Source of the DNA: Thermoproteota archaeon
Lineage (GTDB): Archaea; Thermoproteota; Thermoprotei; Gearchaeales; Gearchaeaceae
Direction: 5' to 3'
DNA length: 64,000 nt
NCBI GenBank assembly: GCA_032249235.1
Contig: JAVVGF010000001.1
Location: 384,001 to 448,000, forward strand
Part shown: one piece after another, positions 27,654 through 36,341 of the stretch
Layout of the letters: the number at the start of each line of letters is the position of its first letter
Position numbering within the stretch: position 1 is the stretch's first letter
Position numbers and translations under genes: made by a program
The notes under the pieces: model-generated
The model's database searches: none
What the model was told of the DNA's origin: nothing
Seen by the model: the letters and a program-made list of their open reading frames with translations, nothing else

Positions 27654-28268
27654 ATGTTTGCCAAAGATTCTTCGAATATGGGCGATATAGCGTTATACCC
27701 GAAGTTGTATGCGGCTTATGAAAGTATAATGAAAAAATTGAATCTAAATAGCGAAGTATTTGTTGAAGCATTTTCTATTTATTTGAAGGCAAAAAATAAA
27801 AGAGCTCTCAGGGGGTATTCTATGAAAGAAATAGCTGCAGGAACAATTTTTGTTGCTTGTACAAAATTAGGAAAAAATATTAGTATAAAAGAAATCTCAA
27901 GAGCTTCAGAAGTGGATGGAACATTAATATGGAGTTTAGCAAAAAATCTGCAGAAAAGAGGATTGATATCGAAGGTTGTAGCTTTAAGAGACTTACCCTC
28001 ATTAATGGTAACTAAGCTACAAGATAAAATTGACAATGAAGATTTGAAGGTGTTGCAGAATGTAATTTTAAAGAAATTTTCTTACATTAAGGAGGTTGCT
28101 GGGCATTTATCGCCTAGGGCTTTGCTAGGTGGAATTGTTTGGCTTGCTTCAAAAAGGAGAATGATTAAAAGAAAACTTACACAAAGAGAAATCTCTAACA
28201 TATTCGGCGTTAACGAAGTAAGTATTAGAGAAGCTGTAAAAAGAATACAGCCTGTTTTTTCTCTATAA
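27654..28268 (+). CDS. TFB/TFIIB core (two cyclin repeats) lacking the N-terminal zinc ribbon
   Basis: LRGYS-x3-IAAGTIFVAC, SPRALLGG, LTQREISNIFGVNEVSIR helix-turn-helix. Confidence 0.75.
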   Translation: MFAKDSSNMGDIALYPKLYAAYESIMKKLNLNSEVFVEAFSIYLKAKNKRALRGYSMKEIAAGTIFVACTKLGKNISIKEISRASEVDGTLIWSLAKNLQKRGLISKVVALRDLPSLMVTKLQDKIDNEDLKVLQNVILKKFSYIKEVAGHLSPRALLGGIVWLASKRRMIKRKLTQREISNIFGVNEVSIREAVKRIQPVFSL

Positions 28269-28306
28269 TTTCAAAATATATATACAAGCCTTTTTTTCTT
28301 AATTCT

Positions 28307-28978
28307 ATGTCTAACCAAGGACTTTCAGTATTCAACAAAATTAAGTCCATGAATTATTTATTGAAAGGATTAATAGTGATGATGGTCGGTTTATCATATT
28401 CTTTTATCCACGTGTTTTCAATTTTTTTGTTTGAAGCTTTGGGGGGTAAAGTAAATCCCAGCCTGCAATATTCGTTAGGAATCGCCGAGTTATCAGTATT
28501 TATATTTTTTGAAATCTTGTTTTTTATCTTTATTTTTTATAGTTTGCGTTTTATTAGAAAAGCATCAAGCTACAAATATTATTATTATTTTACGTTTGTT
28601 TCTTTTTTATTAGTGATAATATCAATTATACTTTTATATATAAATTTCTATAATGTTGCTAATAGCGTATTATTTAGTTTTTCAAATATATATCTGTTAC
28701 CAATTTTTATTGCTAATAGCTTTTACTTTTATTTAATTTATAAAATATTAAAAGAAAATTACACTAGCAATATTATATTTTCAGCTTTACTAGTTACTGT
28801 ATTCAATATTTTATTGAATTTAATAGGATATGTTTTATCAGCTAGTTCATTATTTTATTTTGTTTCTGTTCTAATAATGAGTGTTTTCCTAGCTTTTTTA
28901 GTGTTAACATATTTTGCTTTGAGAAAAGCTCTGAGGAAGGTAGAAGAAATAGTAGTAAATTTGCTGATAACAATTTAA
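28307..28978 (+). CDS. Hypothetical membrane protein (about 6 TM)
   Basis: Hydrophobic 223-aa ORF, very AT-rich. Confidence 0.65.
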   Translation: MSNQGLSVFNKIKSMNYLLKGLIVMMVGLSYSFIHVFSIFLFEALGGKVNPSLQYSLGIAELSVFIFFEILFFIFIFYSLRFIRKASSYKYYYYFTFVSFLLVIISIILLYINFYNVANSVLFSFSNIYLLPIFIANSFYFYLIYKILKENYTSNIIFSALLVTVFNILLNLIGYVLSASSLFYFVSVLIMSVFLAFLVLTYFALRKALRKVEEIVVNLLITI

Positions 28979-29015
28979 CAACTTTTTTAAGCAGTATACA
29001 AATATATAACATGAT

Positions 29016-29579
29016 ATGAGGACAACTTTGGCTGTAGATGAAAATATAGCTAAGAGCTTTTCAGATGTAGTAAAGAAGAAAAACATGGTTATATTTTCTG
29101 TAACTAACGAGGCAATAAAGCTTGCAACTGAATTACTTAAAGAAGGCATCGAACCTGAAGAAGCTCTTACTTTTATAAAATTAATGAAAGTTATGGATTC
29201 TGTAGATGTAATACCTATTCCTGGTTATCTCAACGAGGAAATATTAAACAAACTTTATAACGTTGAAAAAGATGGACTCTATGATACTTTCTATAGGACA
29301 GGAAAAGAAGTGGCGGGAGTATTTAAAGCATTCATGCCATCCTTAATGGATGTTTTGAATCTAGCGCGCTCATTAACAAAATTCTTTCCTTTAAAGAAAA
29401 TAGAAGTTGAAACAAAGAATAATAAGTTAAGGCTTTTGGTTGCTGGAGCAGGTAAGTCGATTGTAACTACAAATTGCGTTCTCTATTTTGTTAAGGGCTT
29501 TTTAGATAGTTATGATGCTAAGGTAATAGAAGAAAAAGTCTCAACAGGAATTTTGGATATTACGTTTATTAAGAAATAA
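29016..29579 (+). CDS. Hypothetical protein, possible N-terminal ribbon-helix-helix plus V4R-like domain
   Basis: MRTTLAVDENIAKSF (RHH-like strand-helix); C-terminal C-x3-FVKGFL resembles V4R-like folds. Confidence 0.55.
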   Translation: MRTTLAVDENIAKSFSDVVKKKNMVIFSVTNEAIKLATELLKEGIEPEEALTFIKLMKVMDSVDVIPIPGYLNEEILNKLYNVEKDGLYDTFYRTGKEVAGVFKAFMPSLMDVLNLARSLTKFFPLKKIEVETKNNKLRLLVAGAGKSIVTTNCVLYFVKGFLDSYDAKVIEEKVSTGILDITFIKK

Positions 29580-29582
29580 ACG

Positions 29583-30035
29583 TTATTGCGAATTTTCTAG
29601 TTCTTTCAATTTCTCTATATTCTTTCTTTCACTTTCATCTATTTTAGTTGTTGAAAACCATGCATCTAAAATTTCCTTCGCTACCTGATTACTTGTTAAT
29701 CTTCCACTTAATGCAAGGACGTTTGCATCGTTCCATAATCTAGCACCTCTTGCTGTTTCTGCATCATAACATAGCGCTGCTCTTATTCCTTTTATTTTGT
29801 TAGCGGCTATGGAAACGCCAGTTCCTGTATAGCAAATTACTATTCCGGTCTTTGCTTCGCCGCTTATCACATCTTGGCAAACTTCTTTTGCTACATCTGG
29901 CCAAGGCTCAACTTTTCCAGAAAGAAGAGCACCGTGTATTAAAACCTCATAACCCCTTCTTTTCAACTCTTCTTTAAGAAATAAAGCTACAGGATACAAA
30001 TCATCACTTCCTAGTGATACTTTTTCAGTACTCAT
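29583..30035 (-). CDS. rpiB: RpiB/LacA/LacB family sugar-phosphate isomerase
   Basis: ICYTGTGVSIAANKIKGIRAAL, ARLWNDANVLAL. Confidence 0.88.
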   Translation of the reverse strand: MSTEKVSLGSDDLYPVALFLKEELKRRGYEVLIHGALLSGKVEPWPDVAKEVCQDVISGEAKTGIVICYTGTGVSIAANKIKGIRAALCYDAETARGARLWNDANVLALSGRLTSNQVAKEILDAWFSTTKIDESERKNIEKLKELENSQ

Positions 30036-31042
30036 AAACCTATTAATGCAACATCTTCCTCTTTAATTTGAATTTCTTGACCTGTGTAAATCCCTATTTC
30101 AGGCATTGATGGAACTTCTATTCCATATTGTTTTAATCTTGCGGCTACCGTTCTTACAGCATTACCCCAAATTCTTTTCTTTTCTTCTAAAGTCAATACA
30201 CCTAATCCAGCATCTCTTGCTATTTCCTCAAGCTTTCTATGCCAATCTAAAAAGCCCTCAGGTAGTTTCCAAAATTCAGAAATAGGTTCTAATAATATAG
30301 GAGATAGAAACACAAAGCCTGCTCTTAATTGTTTAGTTATCAGTTTCTTTTCTTCTTCTGAAAGATTAGGCAATTTCTTTTTGAGCATATACCATGTGAA
30401 AGCTAAATGTCTAGCTTCATCTCTATGAATATTTAAAAAAATTTCTCTGAAAGTTTCATGTTTTGCTCTTTCAGCCATACTCTTAAATATTGTAGTTGCA
30501 CCTGTTTCAGCCATCATAAAAGATGTGAAAAGAATAGGTAAGGAATACTTCTCGTCTGCAGCTTTAACAAAGGCTCTCCAGTATCTAGAACCGTTATAAT
30601 AAATCCAATTCACAGCTTTCAATGCTTCTTCTTCAAAACTATTTCTGGGCTTCCATTTCCAAGGCCAAAATGGGCATAGCTGATTTACACATTTCATACA
30701 ACATTCTTCATGTCTAGCTTCATCTATTACTAAGCTAGCAAATAAAAATTTAACAGGCTGTTCAGCATGTGTTTCATAAGCTTTAATTAATGCTTTCGCA
30801 AAAACAGGTGTAGCTCTTTCAAAAGTTGCTAAGACAGAGAACCAATAACTTATAGCTATTTTCTCCTTTTCATCAAAATCCCTTGGATCTAAAGAGCTCC
30901 AAGGTAAATTAGTTGCATTCCATTGTTCTTTTTTAGCCCTCTCATAAAGATCATATAATTCAGGAGTTTCAACTTCCCATTCAACAGGAAAGACATTGGG
31001 TTGCTCAATTAATGGTGCATTAATTAATTTTTTATTTTCCAT
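30032..31042 (-). CDS. Ferritin-like diiron-carboxylate protein (oxygenase/R2-like)
   Basis: Two DEARH motifs plus upstream Glu residues (FERA, MAET); ATG 31042 preferred. Confidence 0.8.
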   Translation of the reverse strand: MENKKLINAPLIEQPNVFPVEWEVETPELYDLYERAKKEQWNATNLPWSSLDPRDFDEKEKIAISYWFSVLATFERATPVFAKALIKAYETHAEQPVKFLFASLVIDEARHEECCMKCVNQLCPFWPWKWKPRNSFEEEALKAVNWIYYNGSRYWRAFVKAADEKYSLPILFTSFMMAETGATTIFKSMAERAKHETFREIFLNIHRDEARHLAFTWYMLKKKLPNLSEEEKKLITKQLRAGFVFLSPILLEPISEFWKLPEGFLDWHRKLEEIARDAGLGVLTLEEKKRIWGNAVRTVAARLKQYGIEVPSMPEIGIYTGQEIQIKEEDVALIGL

Positions 31043-31128
31043 AATATAACGTTCTAGATACAATTATATAAATGTTTATTTTTGAATAAATTTTATATAT
31101 ATCATCTATATTTATCTAATAGATATAT

Positions 31129-32130
31129 ATGAGCATATCGTCTGAAGAAAGAAAGGTTTGGAAGCTAAAAGGAGGAAGCTACATAATATCCTTGCCTAAA
31201 GATTGGATTGAGAAAATTAAGGAAAGTCAATTGGTTGTTATAAAGGATCCTAATTTCTTGATTTTAATGCCTTTAAAAACATTTACAAAGAAAGAAGCTG
31301 TGGTTGATCTTTCCAAAATCAAAGACCCTACTTTAGCTACATATTACGTTTTAACTTATTATATGCAAGGAATGGAAAAAATAAAAGTTATTTCTAATAA
31401 TTCAATTGAAGCCCAAATAAAAAAGAGATTTCGCGATTTGAGATCAGAAATGATAGGTGCGGATATCGTGGAAGAAAAATCAAATTATCTTGTATATGAA
31501 ATTCTTTTAGATGTCACTCAACAAAGCGTTGAAGAAACGATATCCAAATTTAACGATTTCATAGAGGGTGTTCATATAGATACCGTTAACGCAATAGAAA
31601 CTTTGAATAAATCTTCATCAGAGGAAATATTGGAAAGATCTAAAGATGGATTGAAAAAATACAGGTTCATGATAAGGCAAATCGCTATTGCTTCACAGGA
31701 TCCTTCAGTAGCGAAAAGAATAGGAATCGAAAATTTCAGACAAGCAATCATATACGGCACAATTGCTACATATCTTAATAGGATGCTACATCATACTGCT
31801 TCATGTAATCAATATGTATTAAAACTTGGAGAGTATGATGAAGTAGCTTGTGATCATGTTTTGAGAATGGCTGAAGTTGCGCAAAAAATGAGAAATGACT
31901 CCATTAACGCTTTCATAAAAAAAGATCTCGATAGTGCGCTTAAAGTAATAAGGCTAATGAGCATTCAAAAAGGATTAGAGGATGAATTACTCAATTATTT
32001 GACAACAGGTAAAGTTTCAGTCAACATCGGAATAGTTTATTCCATGATCGGAAAAGAATTCAGACGTGTTAGTGGTTTCTCAGTAGGGATTTCAGACGCT
32101 CTTGCAAACTTGATCTTAGCTCCTTATTGA
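31129..32130 (+). CDS. AbrB-PhoU family regulator (archaeal phosphate uptake regulator-like)
   Basis: ERKVWKLKGGSYIISLPKDW AbrB domain followed by PhoU helical repeats. Confidence 0.85.
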   Translation: MSISSEERKVWKLKGGSYIISLPKDWIEKIKESQLVVIKDPNFLILMPLKTFTKKEAVVDLSKIKDPTLATYYVLTYYMQGMEKIKVISNNSIEAQIKKRFRDLRSEMIGADIVEEKSNYLVYEILLDVTQQSVEETISKFNDFIEGVHIDTVNAIETLNKSSSEEILERSKDGLKKYRFMIRQIAIASQDPSVAKRIGIENFRQAIIYGTIATYLNRMLHHTASCNQYVLKLGEYDEVACDHVLRMAEVAQKMRNDSINAFIKKDLDSALKVIRLMSIQKGLEDELLNYLTTGKVSVNIGIVYSMIGKEFRRVSGFSVGISDALANLILAPY

Positions 32131-32634
32131 TCAACTTATATAAGTAATACTAGATCTATCGAAGTCTTTAATGATTTCCGTTTTTCTACTCTTAACAGTT
32201 ATCTTAACATTGGCTAGCTCGGGGAACACTTCAAATATTCCTTTATCTATCATTTTCGCTGTTAAATGATCTTCTCCGAAGAATTCTTTACAAATTTTAT
32301 ACTGGAGGCTTCTTAGTAGTCTTTCATCGTAAATTCCCAATGAATGCAAGTATTCATGTGTAAGCACAACGAAAATATAGGAATTTACATATTCTTTACC
32401 TTTATTCAACGAATAAATAGCTTCCAAGACGGCTCTATTTATTACGATCGTATTCGAGCCCATGATGTGATATGCTAGAACGTATTGATTTAAATCCTGC
32501 AAATATAAGGATAAACCTGCTCTTCGCATCTTTGTAGCTTTATAAATTATCTCTCTTCCTAATTCGAAAATATCGCCAAAATTTTCGCATCTATTCAACT
32601 TTTCAATGTAGTAATAATGAAGCTTATCTGACAC
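32131..32634 (-). CDS. Putative zincin metallopeptidase-like protein
   Basis: VLTHEYLHSLG (HExxH). Confidence 0.7.
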   Translation of the reverse strand: MSDKLHYYYIEKLNRCENFGDIFELGREIIYKATKMRRAGLSLYLQDLNQYVLAYHIMGSNTIVINRAVLEAIYSLNKGKEYVNSYIFVVLTHEYLHSLGIYDERLLRSLQYKICKEFFGEDHLTAKMIDKGIFEVFPELANVKITVKSRKTEIIKDFDRSSITYIS

Positions 32635-32675
32635 GATGAAGGATTAAAACATGAGGAATATAAACTTTAGTTTAA

Positions 32676-32728
32676 ATTCAGCCGAGCCAGGATCATCATT
32701 ATTCAGATTGTGCGATCTACTTCATCTA
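32676..32728 (-). ncRNA. Candidate C/D-box guide sRNA
   Basis: Minus strand reads ATGAAGT (C-like), 12 nt, CTGA (D'), ATA, ATGATGA (C'), 11 nt, CTGA (D); intergenic. Confidence 0.7.
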
Positions 32729-32750
32729 TGATAATAATAAATTGAACCAA

Positions 32751-33095
32751 TTAATTTCTTCTTTCAAGAATTTTTAATTTAGCTATTACTTTTCTAGCTA
32801 GCTCCAACGCTTTTTTAGCATCTTTTTCCTCAATACTTTCATCTGCATAATCTGCCTTCTTTCTCAACTCATATAATTTCATAAATATCAGCGCTTCTTC
32901 ATCGAAACCTAAGTGTTTAATTATATTAGCTAGTTTATCATCTCTTCTAGGTAGCTGGAATCCTAATTTTTGTATAATTATTTCAACTTCTTTTCTTAAT
33001 GAGAAGTATATTGCAGATACTGCTTTATTATAATTCCTAATTGCTAGATCGTTTTCTGCTTCACTTAACAATATATCTTGCTTTCTCGAACTCAT
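32751..33095 (-). CDS. HEPN domain protein (putative toxin)
   Basis: LSEAE...YNKAVSAIYF...LYELRKKADY...AKKALELA; overlaps the MNT-like gene. Confidence 0.82.
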   Translation of the reverse strand: MSSRKQDILLSEAENDLAIRNYNKAVSAIYFSLRKEVEIIIQKLGFQLPRRDDKLANIIKHLGFDEEALIFMKLYELRKKADYADESIEEKDAKKALELARKVIAKLKILERRN

Positions 33096-33630
33096 TTATT
33101 AACCTGATATTTGTTTCTTCAACAATATAATAACTTATTGTACAATTATATTTATCATTTATATCAAGAACAATTTTAGCAATTTGTTCTCTTATATAAT
33201 CATTTATTTCTTTTACGACGATTAAAGTATTGCTATCATAAATATAATAATCTCCTAAGAAAATCATCTTTGTAATTGGTAACGTCTTAGCTTTTTCTTT
33301 CAATTCTTCGAAAGCCGGTTGGCAATCATTCATTGCTTCTTTTTCGCTCTTGCTAAATAATTCTATTAAGTCTTTATCTTTCTCCTCGGCAATATAATAA
33401 CTTATTGTACAATTATATTTATCATTTATATCAAGAACAATTTTAGCAATTTGTTCTCTTATATTATTATCAATCTTTTTTACAACTATCAAAACATTAC
33501 TATCATAGATATAATAGTTTTCATCTAATGCTATAATCGAAATAAAATTTTCTTTCAAATTTGTAATGAATTTACTAGTCAGTTCATATATTGCCCTATC
33601 CCATTCTTTTCTTAAATCTAACTTATACAC
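33061..33630 (-). CDS. Tandem-duplicated degenerate minimal nucleotidyltransferase (MNT)-like antitoxin
   Basis: Two ~89-aa units each with YYIYDSNxLIVVK...IREQIAKIVLDINDKYNCTISYYI; upstream of HEPN. Confidence 0.7.
   Translation of the reverse strand: MYKLDLRKEWDRAIYELTSKFITNLKENFISIIALDENYYIYDSNVLIVVKKIDNNIREQIAKIVLDINDKYNCTISYYIAEEKDKDLIELFSKSEKEAMNDCQPAFEELKEKAKTLPITKMIFLGDYYIYDSNTLIVVKEINDYIREQIAKIVLDINDKYNCTISYYIVEETNIRLINEFEKARYIVK
33123..33464. repeat. 75-bp exact direct repeat (33123-33197 and 33390-33464; 267-bp period)
   Basis: caatataataacttattgtacaattatatttatcatttatatcaagaacaattttagcaatttgttctcttatat read twice. Confidence 0.92.
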
Positions 33631-33673
33631 AAGATTAAATGTTATCTTAACTTAAATTAATCTTAGTTTGATG

Positions 33674-34075
33674 TTATACAGTAAGTAATCTTTCAGCCAG
33701 GGGATGTCCTTTAACTTTCAATTCAAGTGATTTATTCCATCCAAAAGGTGCACTGTATAGTTCGCTTATTTTTGAGATTTCTTCTCTAATCTTAATCAAT
33801 AGCTTCAGCGCTTCGCTTGGTTTCTTCAAATCTTTGCTCAAATGCGCAAAAGGATAAAGTAAAATCCTTTTTGCACCTATTTCTTTCATCACCCTTTTAA
33901 TCTCTTCAATCATCTTTTTAATAGTATCTTCATTATCATTTGATTCAATTGTTGTTAGCAAAAGTAGGACCTCTTTTACTTCATACTTTTTCTTCTCTAC
34001 TTCTTCTGCAAATTTAATCTCTTTTTCTATAGGCTCATATCTTACGTAGTCACAATGTAAGGCTAATATTTTCAT
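33674..34075 (-). CDS. Free-standing archaeal threonyl-tRNA synthetase editing domain
   Basis: MKILALHCDY, LYPFAHLS, APFGWNK, KGHPLAE. Confidence 0.9.
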   Translation of the reverse strand: MKILALHCDYVRYEPIEKEIKFAEEVEKKKYEVKEVLLLLTTIESNDNEDTIKKMIEEIKRVMKEIGAKRILLYPFAHLSKDLKKPSEALKLLIKIREEISKISELYSAPFGWNKSLELKVKGHPLAERLLTV

Positions 34076-35643
34076 GTCTTATTCTTTAAGTCATTCAATA
34101 TTTTCATCGCTGCATTATATCCAGGAATACCGCTAACTCCTCCTCCTGGATGCGTTCCTGCACCACATAGATACAAATTCTCTATTATAGTTGCATAATT
34201 ACTCATTTTAGGATGAGGTCTTAGATTGTAGATTTGATCCAATGTCATATCGACATGGAATATGTTTCCTTCTGTAGCACCAAATCTTCTTTCTAAATCA
34301 AGAGGAGATAGGGCTAAGTATTTCAAGGGTTTGAAGTTAGGAGCATATTCTTTAATAGTTTCTAGGATGAGTTCAGTATATTCTTCTTTCCTTCCATCCC
34401 AATCTTTATCATAAGGCGCATATTGTGCATAAATTGAAAAAACATGTTTATCATCAATAGTAACGGTTCTATCTACAGAGGACTGAATATTTATAGATAA
34501 TACAGGTTCTTTTGAAGCTCTATTTTCGAGAGCATCTCTAAATGCTTTTTCCGCATATTCAACACTGGGTAATATTAAAGTAGAAGAAACATGATGAGGA
34601 CCTAACTTTTTACCTAAGCCTACATAATCAGGTAATTCTTCCAGAATTCCTACAATTTTGAATGCTATACCCTTAGTTTTTAGCAATTTGATTCTTTTTA
34701 TTATCTCTTCAGGCAATACGTCTTGATCTATGAGTTTTAAAAATGTAGTTTTAGGATCGGCATTTGAAACAACAACTCTGCTTTCAATTCTCTTACCATT
34801 TTCAAGTTCTACTCCTATCGCTTTATTGTTTTTAATCAATATCTTCTTAACAGGTGTAGAAGTATAGATTTCGACTCCTAAGCTTTCAGCTGCTCTCTTT
34901 AAGGCTTGAGTTAATCCTCCCATCCCTCCTTCTACATAACCCCATGCTCTTTTAACACCATTCACTTCTCCAATTTCATGATGAGCCATTAAGTAAGCGC
35001 TTCCAGGAGTTGAAGGTCCAAGCATGGAGCCAATTATTGCATCTTCAATCAGTGCTGCTTTAACTTCATCACTTTCGAAATACTCATCTAGCAATGTTTT
35101 GGCATCAGTGAAGAAAACGCGTTGAATTTCATCTAATCCGAATTCCTTTATATGTTCTTTTATTGCAGGATAATAGTTTTTCAAAAAAATTAAAAGATCT
35201 TCTAATTGATCCAAAGAAAATGGAGGATTTAACATGAGAATCTCAATTAGATCTGCAAACCTACTGAAGAATCTATCATATTTTTCATAAGCTTTAGCAT
35301 CTTTTTTAGAAAATTTCTCAATTTCTTCTTTCGTTTTTTCTAAACTGCTCCATAAATAGAAATACTTTTTGTTTTTGAAAGGAATGAATATCATTGGATC
35401 CTTCAAATATGCTTTGAAACCGTATTTTTCTAGATCTAATTCTTTGATAAATTTTCTCTTAAATAGGCTAATTACATATGCTCCTGTTGAAAGTTTATAG
35501 CCAGGCCATATTTCTTCTGAAACACACATTCCTCCTACTATTTCTCTTCTTTCGAATACCGCAACTTTTAATCCTTCTTTAGCAAGATATGAAGCACAAA
35601 CAAGTCCATTATGTCCAGCTCCTATTATTATTGCATCATACAT
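34072..35643 (-). CDS. Phytoene dehydrogenase-like FAD oxidoreductase (PYROXD2-like)
   Basis: IIGAGHNGL, GGMG, GNIFH, LYLCGAGTHPGGGVSGIPG. Confidence 0.88.
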   Translation of the reverse strand: MYDAIIIGAGHNGLVCASYLAKEGLKVAVFERREIVGGMCVSEEIWPGYKLSTGAYVISLFKRKFIKELDLEKYGFKAYLKDPMIFIPFKNKKYFYLWSSLEKTKEEIEKFSKKDAKAYEKYDRFFSRFADLIEILMLNPPFSLDQLEDLLIFLKNYYPAIKEHIKEFGLDEIQRVFFTDAKTLLDEYFESDEVKAALIEDAIIGSMLGPSTPGSAYLMAHHEIGEVNGVKRAWGYVEGGMGGLTQALKRAAESLGVEIYTSTPVKKILIKNNKAIGVELENGKRIESRVVVSNADPKTTFLKLIDQDVLPEEIIKRIKLLKTKGIAFKIVGILEELPDYVGLGKKLGPHHVSSTLILPSVEYAEKAFRDALENRASKEPVLSINIQSSVDRTVTIDDKHVFSIYAQYAPYDKDWDGRKEEYTELILETIKEYAPNFKPLKYLALSPLDLERRFGATEGNIFHVDMTLDQIYNLRPHPKMSNYATIIENLYLCGAGTHPGGGVSGIPGYNAAMKILNDLKNKT

Positions 35644-35687
35644 AAGACAAAATCTTTATCTAAAATTAGACTTTTAAATGTTAAACA

Positions 35688-36341
35688 ATGATCAAAATCA
35701 CTAACTTATGGAAATCCTATCGTGTAGGTGATAGAAAAATTGAAGTTTTGAAAGGTATAAATCTTGAATTCGAGAAAGGAGATTTTGTAACTATAACAGG
35801 TCCTTCAGGCTCAGGTAAGACAACTTTATTATCTTTGATTGCAGGTATTGATTTACCTGATGAAGGTAACATTGAAATAAATGGTATTATAATAAATAAA
35901 ATGAATGTAAGCGAAAGAGCTTTATGGCGAAGAAGTAATATTGGATACATTCCTCAATTTTTCTTTTTAATACCTTACTTGACCGCATTAGAGAACGTTG
36001 AATTAATGGCTAGATTAGCAAAAGTTAAAGAATCTAGGAAACAGGCAATGAAAGCACTTGAGAAAGTAGGATTGGAAGACAAAATGTTCAAATTTCCTTC
36101 AGAATTGAGCGGCGGCGAAATTCAAAGAGTTGCAATAGCCAGAGCAATAGTACATAATCCTCCATTGATAATAGCAGACGAGCCTACGGCTTTCTTAGAT
36201 AGTGAAAACAAAAAGAAAATCGTCGATATACTAGAGGATATCTGGAAAGAAGGAAGAACAGTGATTTTGGCTACGCATGACTTTTTCTTGGCTAGACATA
36301 AGATCGTTGAAATATGGGATGGAAAAATAAAAAATAAATGA
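35688..36341 (+). CDS. ABC transporter ATP-binding protein (LolD-type)
   Basis: GPSGSGKT, LSGGEIQRV, ADEPT. Confidence 0.94.
   Translation: MIKITNLWKSYRVGDRKIEVLKGINLEFEKGDFVTITGPSGSGKTTLLSLIAGIDLPDEGNIEINGIIINKMNVSERALWRRSNIGYIPQFFFLIPYLTALENVELMARLAKVKESRKQAMKALEKVGLEDKMFKFPSELSGGEIQRVAIARAIVHNPPLIIADEPTAFLDSENKKKIVDILEDIWKEGRTVILATHDFFLARHKIVEIWDGKIKNK

Noticed and set aside
32679-32696. Minus-strand TGATCCTGGCTC resembles the 5' end of bacterial 16S rRNA
   Set aside because: Only ~12 nt match with no further rRNA sequence; better explained as the C' box plus guide of a C/D sRNA
33123-33464. Direct repeat as a CRISPR remnant or mobile-element end
   Set aside because: Only two copies, in frame within one CDS and matching a protein domain duplication; no transposase or integrase nearby
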